Below, piece after piece: positions 29,782 to 38,200 of a stretch of 64,000 bases of DNA. Numbering within the stretch: the first letter of the stretch is position 1; every line of letters begins with the position of its first letter. The notes under the pieces were generated by a model. It was not told the DNA's origin, ran no database searches, and saw only the letters and a list, made by a program, of their open reading frames with translations. The translations under genes and the position numbers were made by a program. The stretch is from Acidobacteriota bacterium (lineage in GTDB: Bacteria > Acidobacteriota > Vicinamibacteria > Vicinamibacterales > UBA2999), in assembly GCA_009694735.1 (NCBI GenBank), contig SHUG01000002.1, positions 6,533 to 70,532 of the forward strand, written 5' to 3'.

Positions 29782-30485
29782 CCGGGCCGCTGCTCGAAAT
29801 CAGCGGCCTGGTGAAGGACTACCAGGCGCTGCGGCCGCTCCGCATCAAGTCACTGACCCTCGTGCCTGGTGACCTCCTCGCCGTCAGTGGCCTCGATGCC
29901 GCGGCCGCCGAGACATTTGTGCACTTGGTGACCGGGGCGACGTTGCCCGACCACGGCGACATCGCGCTGTTCGGCCACAACACCAGGACCATCACCGATG
30001 GCGAGGCCTGGCTCAAGTCACTCGACGGGGTGGGGATGGTGACTGCTCGCGGCATCGTGATCGAGATGTTCACGGTGTTGCAGAACATCGCCCTGTCGTT
30101 CACGCTCGAGGTCGACCCGATCGATCCCGACGTCTTGCCCAAGGCCACCGCGCTGGCCCGGGAGGTCGGCCTGGACGATTCGAGCTTCGACGTGGCGGTC
30201 GGCCGCTCGTCTCCCGACGCGCACATGCGGATTCACCTGGCGCGTGCGCTGGCCCTGGGTCCGCGCATGTTGATCGCCGAGCATCCGTCGGCGAGCCTCC
30301 CGCGCGAGACGGTCGCTGCCTTTGGCGCCGACCTGGCCCGCCTGGCCCGCTCGCGCGGCCTCGCCTTGCTGGCGTTGACGGCCGATGACGAACTCGCCAA
30401 GGCGATCGGTGGCCAGCGGCTCGAACTGGTGGCCGCCAGCGGCGAACTGAGGCCGGTCGGATTTTTCAAGAAGATCTTCGGTTAA
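29778..30485 (+). CDS. ABC-transporter ATPase homolog with degenerate catalytic motifs
   Basis: The ABC-like fold is alignable by eye. Walker A is replaced by SGLDAAAAETF, the signature LSGGQ by RSSPDAH, and Walker B DE by EH (MLIAEHP). Confidence 0.7.
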   Translation: MTGPLLEISGLVKDYQALRPLRIKSLTLVPGDLLAVSGLDAAAAETFVHLVTGATLPDHGDIALFGHNTRTITDGEAWLKSLDGVGMVTARGIVIEMFTVLQNIALSFTLEVDPIDPDVLPKATALAREVGLDDSSFDVAVGRSSPDAHMRIHLARALALGPRMLIAEHPSASLPRETVAAFGADLARLARSRGLALLALTADDELAKAIGGQRLELVAASGELRPVGFFKKIFG

Positions 30486-30513
30486 CCCCGATCCCTGATC
30501 CCTGATCCCTGAT
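30486..30513. repeat. heptanucleotide array, C-rich strand up (CCCCGAT, CCCTGAT x3)
   Basis: Read directly from the sequence. It occupies the whole spacer between the TAA at 30483-30485 and the ATG at 30512. Confidence 0.9.
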
Positions 30514-31201
30514 GCCCCCCGCGCTCATTCTCTTTGACATCGACGGCACCTTGCTGCTCAGCGGCCGTGCCGGCCTGCGCGCCATGACGCGCGCCTTTGC
30601 CGCGACCTTCGGCATCGCCGACGGTTTCAAGGACCAGTCGTTCGGCGGCCGGACCGATTCGTTCCTCGTCTCGCAGGCGTTGCAGGCGGCCGGCCTGCCC
30701 GACACCGCGGAGCACCACGCGCGCTTCCGCCAGGCCTACGTGCCGCTCCTGGAGGAAGAGATTCAGCAGCCTGGCGCCGGCCACAAGGGGTTGATGCCGG
30801 GCGCCCGCGCGCTGGTCGAGGCCCTCGTCGATCACGACCACCTGCATGTTGCGTTACTGACCGGAAACTATCGCGCCGCGGCCGAGATCAAACTCCGGCA
30901 CTTCGAACTGTGGGACTTCTTCGAGTGGGGCGCTTTCAGCGACGATGCGGCGGACCGCAATGCGCTGGTGCCGATCGCGCGGCAGCGGGCGGAAACCTAC
31001 GATGTGCCACCCGAGGCGCTGGCCCGCGTGATCGTGATCGGCGACACACCGCACGACATCGAATGCGCCCGGGTCGCCGGCGCCCAGTCGATTGCGGTGG
31101 CGACCGGGGGCCACTCAGTCGAGGAGCTGCGCGCGGCCGGTGCCGACATCGTGCTGGCCGACTTGTCAGACACCGAAAGGGTCGTCGCGCTGCTGATATG
31201 A
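30512..31201 (+). CDS. HAD-superfamily hydrolase (phosphoglycolate phosphatase-like)
   Basis: Motif I LFDIDGTLL and motif IV GDTPHD. Confidence 0.85.
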   Translation: MPPALILFDIDGTLLLSGRAGLRAMTRAFAATFGIADGFKDQSFGGRTDSFLVSQALQAAGLPDTAEHHARFRQAYVPLLEEEIQQPGAGHKGLMPGARALVEALVDHDHLHVALLTGNYRAAAEIKLRHFELWDFFEWGAFSDDAADRNALVPIARQRAETYDVPPEALARVIVIGDTPHDIECARVAGAQSIAVATGGHSVEELRAAGADIVLADLSDTERVVALLI

Positions 31202-31208
31202 TTTGACC

Positions 31209-31304
31209 GGAAGTGAACGGGGCCCGGTGGCCCTCCCGGTCTTCAAAATCGGTCGCTGCCTCCTTGCGGGGCAGGCTGGGTTCGACTCCCAGGCGCTTCC
31301 GCCA
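31209..31304 (+). tRNA. selC: tRNA-Sec (anticodon UCA), CCA encoded
   Basis: GGAAG…CTTCCGCCA acceptor ends and a 6-bp D stem (GGGGCC/GGCCCT) with a 4-nt loop. Anticodon loop CTTCAAA, a long variable arm (CTGCC…GGCAG) and T arm CTGGG-TTCGACT-CCCAG. It closely parallels E. coli selC as I remember it. Confidence 0.9.
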
Positions 31305-31461
31305 TTCTCGCCCCAGCTCGATGGTCTATTGGACTCATCTCCAACTCGTTGCAAAAAAGCACTTATCGTCACAGTCGCACTTGGCGCGCTCTTGACACGT
31401 CGCGACGTCCGTACGAACGCTTTTGTAGCTACAAAAGTGGATCTTCTACCGTTCGGTCGCG

Positions 31462-32658
31462 ATGACCACGGCGCGAAAATACCCACCACAACGCACTACA
31501 CTGCTCGCGGCATTATTTGAGGGAGGTCTGCGTATCGAGCAGCGGAATGCGAATGCCATTCTGTATGCGCGGACGTTTCTTTCCGGGAAACCCCTTGGGA
31601 ACAGTACGGGTGAGATCACGATCGGCGCAGCGAAAACGGCAGCGACGAAGTGGCGTCTCGATCTCTTGGCACAACAACGACTCGGCATTGCGATCCACGG
31701 CGAGACGTTCGAGGTTGCGGCACGGGCATTTCTGACCGATCAAGATCACATCAAAGCAGTGTCTGATGGGCAACGCAACAACCATCATTCAAAGTGGCGC
31801 TTGTTACAGCCGCATCTCACGGGTATTCGACTCACAGCGATCGATCTCAGTTGGCTCGAACAGCTGCGCAATCGACGGTCGCGTGATCTGAACAGGTCTG
31901 GGGCAGCGATCTCGTCGTCCACACTCAAGAAAGACTTCATTGTCATTCGTCTGGTCTTACGGCATGCGCTGGAACGGACAAAAACGCTGGCATCGGTACC
32001 GACCTTTCCTTCGTTTGCTGAACGCAAATGGAAGATCCACGCGCGACCACGTCGGTTCTTGACCGCAGCTGAATACGCGGTACTGCAGCAGACGGCTCTG
32101 ACGCGCATCAATAATCCCGCGATTACGGATCGGCAACGCTCGACGCGGCAGGTGTTGTTCTGGTTTATGGAACTGTGTGTTGGTGGCTGTCTGCGCGTGG
32201 ATGAAGCACGCTCGTTACGGTTTCGTGACTGTGTACTCTCGACGGTCATGGTTGGGACAACGGCTCGGGCGGTCTTGTTGATGAAAGTCCTGGGCAAACA
32301 TTCCCTGAATGGAGATGATCGGGAAGAGGCGTTCGGTCTTGCAGGTGCAGTTTCGGCATTCACGGCACTCCCGAAACGTCGACCGCAGGCTCAGGCAGAT
32401 GACCTGTTGTTTCCATCGCTGCATCGGCGCCAGTTTCGCGAACTGCTCGAGGCGGCGCAGTTGCGAGTCACGGCAACGGGTGACACGCGCAATATGAAGT
32501 CGCTGCGGTCGACAGGCATTTGTCTGTGACTGAACGATGGGCCAAAACAGCTCGACTATCGGGCGATCGCGAAATATGCACGGACATCTCCGACCATGAT
32601 CGCAGCGTTCTATGAGCAAACGCACGCAACGGCATTATTGGGGACATTGCTGCGGTAA
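31462..32658 (+). pseudogene. tyrosine recombinase/phage-type integrase with an in-frame TGA at 32527-32529
   Basis: Box I Arg is in GGCLRVDEARSL. The ORF stops at …KSLRSTGICL*. The same frame then continues LNDGPKQLDYRAIAKYARTSPTMIAAFYEQ…, which holds the expected C-terminal catalytic Tyr region, up to the TAA at 32656-32658. Confidence 0.8.
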
Positions 32659-32845
32659 CGATCGTCTGGGGTCGTGGTCACGTCGTCCGTCATGCCTCTA
32701 GCGAATGACCAGTACCACGCACTGTTCATTGTCACCAGGAGCGCGGAGGACGGATCCGTCCCGAGTCCTGCGTTACTCAAGAGGATCGCGCAGGCACGTC
32801 AGGATCGTGCCGGCAACGCCATTCTGACAGTCACGTGCACCCGGA

Positions 32846-33331
32846 TTACGGTGCGGAGCGACACCCGCTGAAATCCAGGATCCGCGCATACTGCGTCGGC
32901 GGCACGCCCTGCGTGCAGCCGTCACTGGTGACGTTCTTCCGCGTCCCGGTCGGCACTTGTCCGCCGCTACAGGTCAGCGTCGTCCACTGGGTATAGCTGA
33001 AACTGTCCTGTCCGCACGAGAACTGGCTCACGGAGTTCTCGCCAGAACGCCCCGGCGACGAGAAACATTGCGCAGAATCGTAATGGAGTGGAAACTCGGT
33101 CGTGGCGTTCGGCGTGCCACTACACGTCGCGTCCTGCCAGAAGCCGACGGTGATGTAGCGAGCCGGTCCCGTGGGTAGCGCCGGACCGACTGGCGTCGGC
33201 GAGGATGACAGCGTCGATACGGGTGCACTCGGCGCCGTTGGTGCGGAGGAAGTGCTGGTCCCGGCGCCGCACCCCGCTGTCACCACGCACGCCACCATCA
33301 CGACGAGGGTTCCGCCAAGCAGCATTGACAT
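32846..33331 (-). CDS. hypothetical lipoprotein, Cys-rich (island cargo)
   Basis: Signal peptide with lipobox (VVTAGC), a Pro/Ser/Thr linker, and then a domain with six further Cys. Confidence 0.5.
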   Translation of the reverse strand: MSMLLGGTLVVMVACVVTAGCGAGTSTSSAPTAPSAPVSTLSSSPTPVGPALPTGPARYITVGFWQDATCSGTPNATTEFPLHYDSAQCFSSPGRSGENSVSQFSCGQDSFSYTQWTTLTCSGGQVPTGTRKNVTSDGCTQGVPPTQYARILDFSGCRSAP

Positions 33332-33495
33332 CGCCAGAATCCGTCCCGAGTCCTGTAGAAATTAAAAAATGGCGTAACTTCCTGCTGAATCTCAAACAGC
33401 AGCTCGCCGGTTCAGACCATTATGGTTACCGAGGCGTGCGATGTCGATGACTTTCCTGACACTGCCCACGATCCTACCGAACACTCCAGACGATC

Positions 33496-33822
33496 ATGTC
33501 GGCAGTCGCACAGTTTGAACGGGAGAAGATCGGTGAGCGGACGAGGGACGTGAAGCGACAGCGCTTAGCAGAGGGCTATTTCGTCGGTGGTGCTGTGAAG
33601 TGGGGTCTCACGGTCGTGGATGGCAAGTTCGTGGCAGATGTGAAGAAAACGGCATTGATCGCGCAGATGAAGGCGTGGCGCAGTCAAGGGAAGTCGCTGC
33701 GTGACATCGTGGCGCGGGTGGTGGAGCGCGGCGAACCGATCTCGGTCGATACGGTTCGAACGCTCACGAATGACGTGGCGACAGCGGAGATGCATCGGCG
33801 AGGGCGACGGAAAAAGTCGTGA
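33496..33822 (+). pseudogene. serine recombinase (resolvase/invertase) C-terminal fragment
   Basis: It starts at the conserved …AVAQFEREKIGERTR block. The catalytic N-terminal domain is missing, and stops lie upstream in the same frame. Confidence 0.65.
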
Positions 33823-34128
33823 CGGCGTGCGCGGTTCACGTTGCGAGGACAGCGTTTCTTGACACCGAAGTTGACACCACGTTTTCGGCAACACACTTGC
33901 GACATGTCGCAACTGGTTGCTGAGTACTTAGGTGACTGACGTTTGCCTGAATGCACCCATCGCGGGCGATCCTACCTGCCGCAGCTCGAATGGCTTCAGC
34001 GCCTGGTCGTCAGTCAGACCGGCTTCGGCCTTCGGCCTCGCCTAAATCGGCTCGACTCCCAGGCATGGGCTCGGCTCGCCTTCGCTCGGGTCACACTCCC
34101 ACGCCCCAAGCGCCACACCCCACGCCCA

Positions 34129-34749
34129 TCAGTCAGCAATCCGCAGCCAGTACGCGATCAATCTCTGTGTCTCGAACAACGTAAAGCGCAACGTGCCACG
34201 CTGACGCCACCACCGGTCGACATCGGTCTTGTCGTAGCGCGAGGCTCGCACCATCACTTGCGCGCCGGTGCCGGCCACTCGCCGGTTCATCACCAGCCTG
34301 GCGCGCCGCGTGTGTTGTTTCGAGGTGACGACAATGACGCGTGGCCACCGGTTGGCGACAACCACGGCGCGGAGGGCGTCGGCTTCGTCTTTGGTGCTGT
34401 CCTGCTCGTCGAGGATCTCAATGGCCGCCCTCGGCACGCCTAGCCGCATCAGGACATCCACCTGCACGTCGATCTCGCGCTGGTAGACCACGCCCCGCCG
34501 CCTCAGCTCCGCCTCGCCATCGTCGGCAATCTGCCGCATTAGCAGCAGGCGCGGAGCCCAACCTGCGTGGTACAGGTCGACGGCTTCAAGCGGGCGTTCG
34601 AACAAGGTGCCGCCGAGCACGAAGATCGCGTCGGCCTTCTGCAAGGGATCTTCAACCACCAGCCAGGCGCCCAGGCGAGGCGCCGCGACCGCGGCGAGGA
34701 TCAGGAGGAACGCCGCCAGCGCGGCCAGCCGTACGAGTAACCGTTTCAA
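34129..34749 (-). CDS. DUF218 / YdcF-ElyC family protein
   Basis: An N-terminal TM segment followed by ADAIFVLGG…VTSKQHTRRA, which is typical of DUF218. Confidence 0.8.
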   Translation of the reverse strand: MKRLLVRLAALAAFLLILAAVAAPRLGAWLVVEDPLQKADAIFVLGGTLFERPLEAVDLYHAGWAPRLLLMRQIADDGEAELRRRGVVYQREIDVQVDVLMRLGVPRAAIEILDEQDSTKDEADALRAVVVANRWPRVIVVTSKQHTRRARLVMNRRVAGTGAQVMVRASRYDKTDVDRWWRQRGTLRFTLFETQRLIAYWLRIAD

Positions 34750-34949
34750 TCGACGAGCCGCACGTCTCCCGCCCGAGGCCCCTTCTGGGATTCCTCGATG
34801 ATGAAATCGACCCGCTGTCCTTCGCGCAGCAGTTCGAACACCGCTCCTTGAACCGAACTGCGGTGAAAGAAATGCTCCAGGCCTGATTCATCGCGAATGA
34901 ACCCAAAGCCCTTGTCGATCAGGAGCCGTGCAATTGTTCCGGTCGGCAT
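34746..34949 (-). CDS. cold-shock domain protein
   Basis: 67 aa with RNP1 motif KGFGFI and an RNP2-like FFH. Confidence 0.9.
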   Translation of the reverse strand: MPTGTIARLLIDKGFGFIRDESGLEHFFHRSSVQGAVFELLREGQRVDFIIEESQKGPRAGDVRLVD

Positions 34950-35078
34950 AACCTGTCCTCCGATGAACCGAAGCCTGGAGGAAACGCCCGCCAGGCCGCC
35001 GCACCCACGATACCGGTGGTATCAGAAATGAGGCCGATTACACTGTGGCCACAGGCAGGGGAGACGGAAAACGCGGTT

Positions 35079-35108
35079 AGTGTAGGCAGGTCAACAATGG
35101 GATGTCAA
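35079..35108 (-). promoter_or_regulatory. candidate sigma70-type promoter of the cold-shock gene
   Basis: On the minus strand: TTGACA (35108-35103), an 18-nt spacer, then TACACT (35084-35079). This would give a ~120-nt 5' UTR, as is common for csp genes. Confidence 0.35.
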
Positions 35109-35163
35109 GCAAATGTCTCAATTTGTAATCGCGCAAGAACCTCCCTTTTGTTGAGGAATCCAG

Positions 35164-35769
35164 ATGATCAGGGCAATCGTTCTTGCGGCCGGCGCCTCGT
35201 CGCGAATGGGGCAGGCCAAGGCCGCCCTGCCTCTGGGCCCGACCGGCGAGACCGTGGTGGCAAGGGTGGTGCGCACGCTCCTTACCGCAGGCCTGCCAAG
35301 CGTGACGGTCGTCGCCGGGGCCCACATCGATGCGGTTCGCGCGGCGATGCCTGCGTTCGAGCCCCGCGCCCGTGTCATTGAGCACTTGGGGTGGGCGCAG
35401 GGACAACTGTCGTCGCTGCTCGCCGGCCTGGCGGCGGTAGACGACCCTCAGCTGGAGGCGATTCTCGTCACGCTGGCCGACGTGCCGCTCGTGCGGCCGG
35501 AATCGGTGTCGGCCATCGTTCACGCCTGGCGCCAGACCCGGGCGCCCATCGTGCGGCCCGTCGATGGCGATCGGCACGGTCATCCGGTGGTGTTCGATCG
35601 CACCGTGTTCGACGATCTACGTCACGCGGATCAGACAGTCGGCGCCAAGGCGGTGTTTGCCACGCACGCATCGCGACGGCTGGACGTGCCCATCAAGGAC
35701 GATGGCGCGTTTGTGGATATGGATACGCCGGACGACTACCGCACGATTCAGAACGAGCCGAGCAGGTAG
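35164..35769 (+). CDS. MobA/MocA-like nucleotidyltransferase (molybdenum cofactor nucleotidylyltransferase family)
   Basis: N-terminal AIVLAAGASSRMG motif. Confidence 0.8.
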   Translation: MIRAIVLAAGASSRMGQAKAALPLGPTGETVVARVVRTLLTAGLPSVTVVAGAHIDAVRAAMPAFEPRARVIEHLGWAQGQLSSLLAGLAAVDDPQLEAILVTLADVPLVRPESVSAIVHAWRQTRAPIVRPVDGDRHGHPVVFDRTVFDDLRHADQTVGAKAVFATHASRRLDVPIKDDGAFVDMDTPDDYRTIQNEPSR

Positions 35770-36509
35770 AATGCGCCGCTTGGCGCCGGCAACCCACCGG
35801 CCGGCTCGATCGTCATCGCAAACGCGGTTGGCGTCACGCCGGCGGGCGCCTCGGTGATCAGGGTGAAGCGGCCTGCCGCGTCCGGGGTCACGAGCGCTGC
35901 ACTGACGGGTGCCGCGGCTGTCACGTACCACAGTTGATAGACGCGCCCTGCAGGCAGTGCCGGTAGGTTCACGGCGGAGAACAGCAAGCCCCGCGTGCCG
36001 CTCCAATAGGCGCGCCCCGTGGAAGCCGGCGATGCCGGCTGGCCCTTCAGTTCAATGCGCGCCAGATCGTCTGCCGCAAGAATGTCGATGGCCTGCCGCG
36101 CCGTGTCGGCCTGGCCTTGCAGCGCTGAGAGTTGTGCCTGCAGCGACTCGACCTGGGACTGCGACTGCGCCGCGGACACCTGCGCCGTGGCGGCCTGGCG
36201 GTACTGCGTCCACGCCGCCGTGCCGGCGATCGCAGCCATGAGTGCGGCAGCCAAGGCGAGCCACCCTGCCGGAAACGCGGTCCTGGCCGGGCTGACCGCC
36301 ATCATGATTCGCTTGCGGAGCGCTGCTGGTGGTTCCACGGACGTCACTGTGTGAGGCATGGCTGCGGCCACCAATCGCGTATCTGCCACCAGCTGCCAAC
36401 ACTGCGCACATGATGCCAGGTGCTGCTCAAACGCCTCCCGGTCGGCGGCATCGAGTGCGTCGAATGCGTACGCGCCGGCGAGTTCCTCGAGTTGCTGGTG
36501 GCCCATCAC
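35748..36509 (-). CDS. anti-sigma factor (zf-HC2 N-terminus, RskA-like C-terminal domain)
   Basis: The H-x3-C-x2-C motif (HLASCAQCW) is followed by a TM segment and an extracytoplasmic domain. There is a 4-nt overlap with the sigma gene. Confidence 0.8.
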   Translation of the reverse strand: MMGHQQLEELAGAYAFDALDAADREAFEQHLASCAQCWQLVADTRLVAAAMPHTVTSVEPPAALRKRIMMAVSPARTAFPAGWLALAAALMAAIAGTAAWTQYRQAATAQVSAAQSQSQVESLQAQLSALQGQADTARQAIDILAADDLARIELKGQPASPASTGRAYWSGTRGLLFSAVNLPALPAGRVYQLWYVTAAAPVSAALVTPDAAGRFTLITEAPAGVTPTAFAMTIEPAGGLPAPSGAFYLLGSF

Positions 36510-37075
36510 TGGGTGCCGTCCTGAGCCAGTGCCAGGCGCAGTCTCTGGAGCGCGGTGCGCATCCGCGTCTTCACCGTGCCGAGCGGTTCACCCAGTCGCT
36601 CGGCGATTGCCGACTGCGTCAATCCTTCGTAGTAGGCGAGCTCGATCGCGGCGCGCATGGCGTTGGGCAGTTCCTGCAGCGCCGCCTTGAGGCGCTCCAC
36701 CGCCTGTCCGGTAATGACGTTGGCCTCCGGCCCGATCGCGTCATCGGCGAGGCCGGCAATCACGATCTCTCCCGTATCGGTGCCGATCGGCCTGGCTTGC
36801 CTGGCGCGAACGCGATCGATGGCGCGCGAGCGCGTCATCATCAGCAGCCAGCCCGCGACCGTGGCGCGCCCCCGGTCGTAACGCGTGGGAGCCCGCCAGA
36901 CCTGAAGGAAAACGTCCTGGGCCACCTCTTCGGCCTCGTGCGGATCACCAACGATGCGCAGGGCGAGCGAGTACACAGCCCGGCCGTGAAGGTCGTACAA
37001 CTGCCAAGCGCGTCGCCGAATCCCGGAATCCGATCCCAAATCCGGCAGGGAGCCCGATGTGCCCCCTGCCGTCAC
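36506..37075 (-). CDS. ECF-type RNA polymerase sigma factor
   Basis: Region 2 (VAQDVFLQVW) and region 4 (LTQSAIAERLGEPLGTVKTR). The GTG start is followed by a tail encoded by degenerate heptamers. Confidence 0.9.
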   Translation of the reverse strand: MTAGGTSGSLPDLGSDSGIRRRAWQLYDLHGRAVYSLALRIVGDPHEAEEVAQDVFLQVWRAPTRYDRGRATVAGWLLMMTRSRAIDRVRARQARPIGTDTGEIVIAGLADDAIGPEANVITGQAVERLKAALQELPNAMRAAIELAYYEGLTQSAIAERLGEPLGTVKTRMRTALQRLRLALAQDGTQ

Positions 37076-37078
37076 CCA

Positions 37079-38200
37079 CTAACGGCAGACCGGTTGGATG
37101 CCCTGCCCGCGGATCTGCATGAATACCTTGGTCGAGGCGTCGCCGTGACCGCAGGCGTTGAGGCGGTAGCGCAAGTACTCGAGCACCCACACCACGGCGC
37201 CTTCGTTGTCGACGAACGACGAGCCGGCCCCGCGCCGGAGGTCGTCGCGATACTTCACCTGCAAGGCGTTCATGAAGTTCAACCCTTCATTGCGCGACGG
37301 GAAGGGGATGGTGCCCGACGGCGTGAGGGCGCAGACGCCGTAGACGCCGGTGTTGTCGATCGCCGAAAACACGCGCGTCTGCGAGGTGCTGTGATCGCAC
37401 AGGCCAACGCGATAGCGCGCGTACTCGATCAGCCACACCACGATGCCTTCAGGGTCGACGTAGGTCGTGACCGGTCCGGCGCGCAGTTGGTTCTGATACA
37501 CGGCAATCAACTGGTTGAAGAAGTCGTTGGGCTCGTTGCGCGGCGGGAAGCTGATGTTCGAAGTTACGCCCCCCGAACCGTACAGGGCCCGGCCGCCGGC
37601 GATGTCGTCGGCCGTCAGTGCGTCCAGGCCGGTGATCTCCGAATTCATCAACGCGGCGACCCTCTGGCCCTTCTCGTCGGGATGGTCCAGACCGAGGATG
37701 TGACCGAACTCGTGCAGCGCCACGCGATTGAAGTCGTTCGACTGGCGCAGGGCGCCGCGATACGAGTTCCAGGTCTTGCTGCTGTTGAACACCACGTCGC
37801 CCTCGAGCTTGGCGCCAGTGCTGACCCGGTACCACGAGGTGGCGATGGCGAGGGTGTCGCCTTCGAAGCGGCGGCCGAACTCGGTGGAGTCGAAGAACAC
37901 GCTGTTGACGCCGTCATTCTCGACGCGCGGAACGGTCGAGTTCTGAACGGCTGCGAACTTGACGAGGTCGCTATGGTTATTCCAGATCGACAGCGCGCTG
38001 GCGGCGACCTGGTTGAAGCTGGTGGCGCCATCGATCAGCGTGCCGGACGCGGGACCCAGTTGCAGTTGCAGCTGCATGGTGACGGTGCCATTGGGCCACT
38101 TGTTGGCGAGCAACGCGAACCCGCGCGGCGACTCCATGGTCGTGACGCACAGCAACAGGGCGGCGAGGGCGCCGCAAGAGGTTCGGCGACGGGCGTTCAT
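37079..38200 (-). CDS. secreted matrixin (M10) zinc metalloprotease with two tandem ~80-aa Cys-containing C-terminal domains
   Basis: HEFGHILGLDH motif and a signal peptide. C-terminal repeats: FPPRNE…VDPEGIVVWLIEYARYRVGLCDH…VC and FPSRNE…VDNEGAVVWVLEYLRYRLNACGH…VC. Confidence 0.85.
   Translation of the reverse strand: MNARRRTSCGALAALLLCVTTMESPRGFALLANKWPNGTVTMQLQLQLGPASGTLIDGATSFNQVAASALSIWNNHSDLVKFAAVQNSTVPRVENDGVNSVFFDSTEFGRRFEGDTLAIATSWYRVSTGAKLEGDVVFNSSKTWNSYRGALRQSNDFNRVALHEFGHILGLDHPDEKGQRVAALMNSEITGLDALTADDIAGGRALYGSGGVTSNISFPPRNEPNDFFNQLIAVYQNQLRAGPVTTYVDPEGIVVWLIEYARYRVGLCDHSTSQTRVFSAIDNTGVYGVCALTPSGTIPFPSRNEGLNFMNALQVKYRDDLRRGAGSSFVDNEGAVVWVLEYLRYRLNACGHGDASTKVFMQIRGQGIQPVCR

Larger units (their letters stand above)
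31305..34064. mobile_element. decayed integrative island at the 3' side of tRNA-Sec
   Basis: Visibly lower GC. A tyrosine integrase lies 157 bp downstream of the tRNA, and a serine recombinase fragment is present. The 13-nt T-arm segment TCGACTCCCAGGC (31282-31294) is repeated at 34052-34064. Confidence 0.55.

Noticed and set aside
32527-32529. The integrase UGA considered as a genuine selenocysteine codon because selC is adjacent.
   Set aside because: I see no convincing SECIS-like stem-loop just downstream. The position falls in a helix where integrases carry ordinary residues, and the rest of the island is decayed. It is kept only as a low-probability item to check.
33869-33960. Direct repeat TTGACACC x2 and the palindrome GCGACATGTCGC near the right end of the island, considered as integrase arm sites.
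   Set aside because: These are short words that could occur by chance in 64 kb. No second copy lies near attL to support a functional role.
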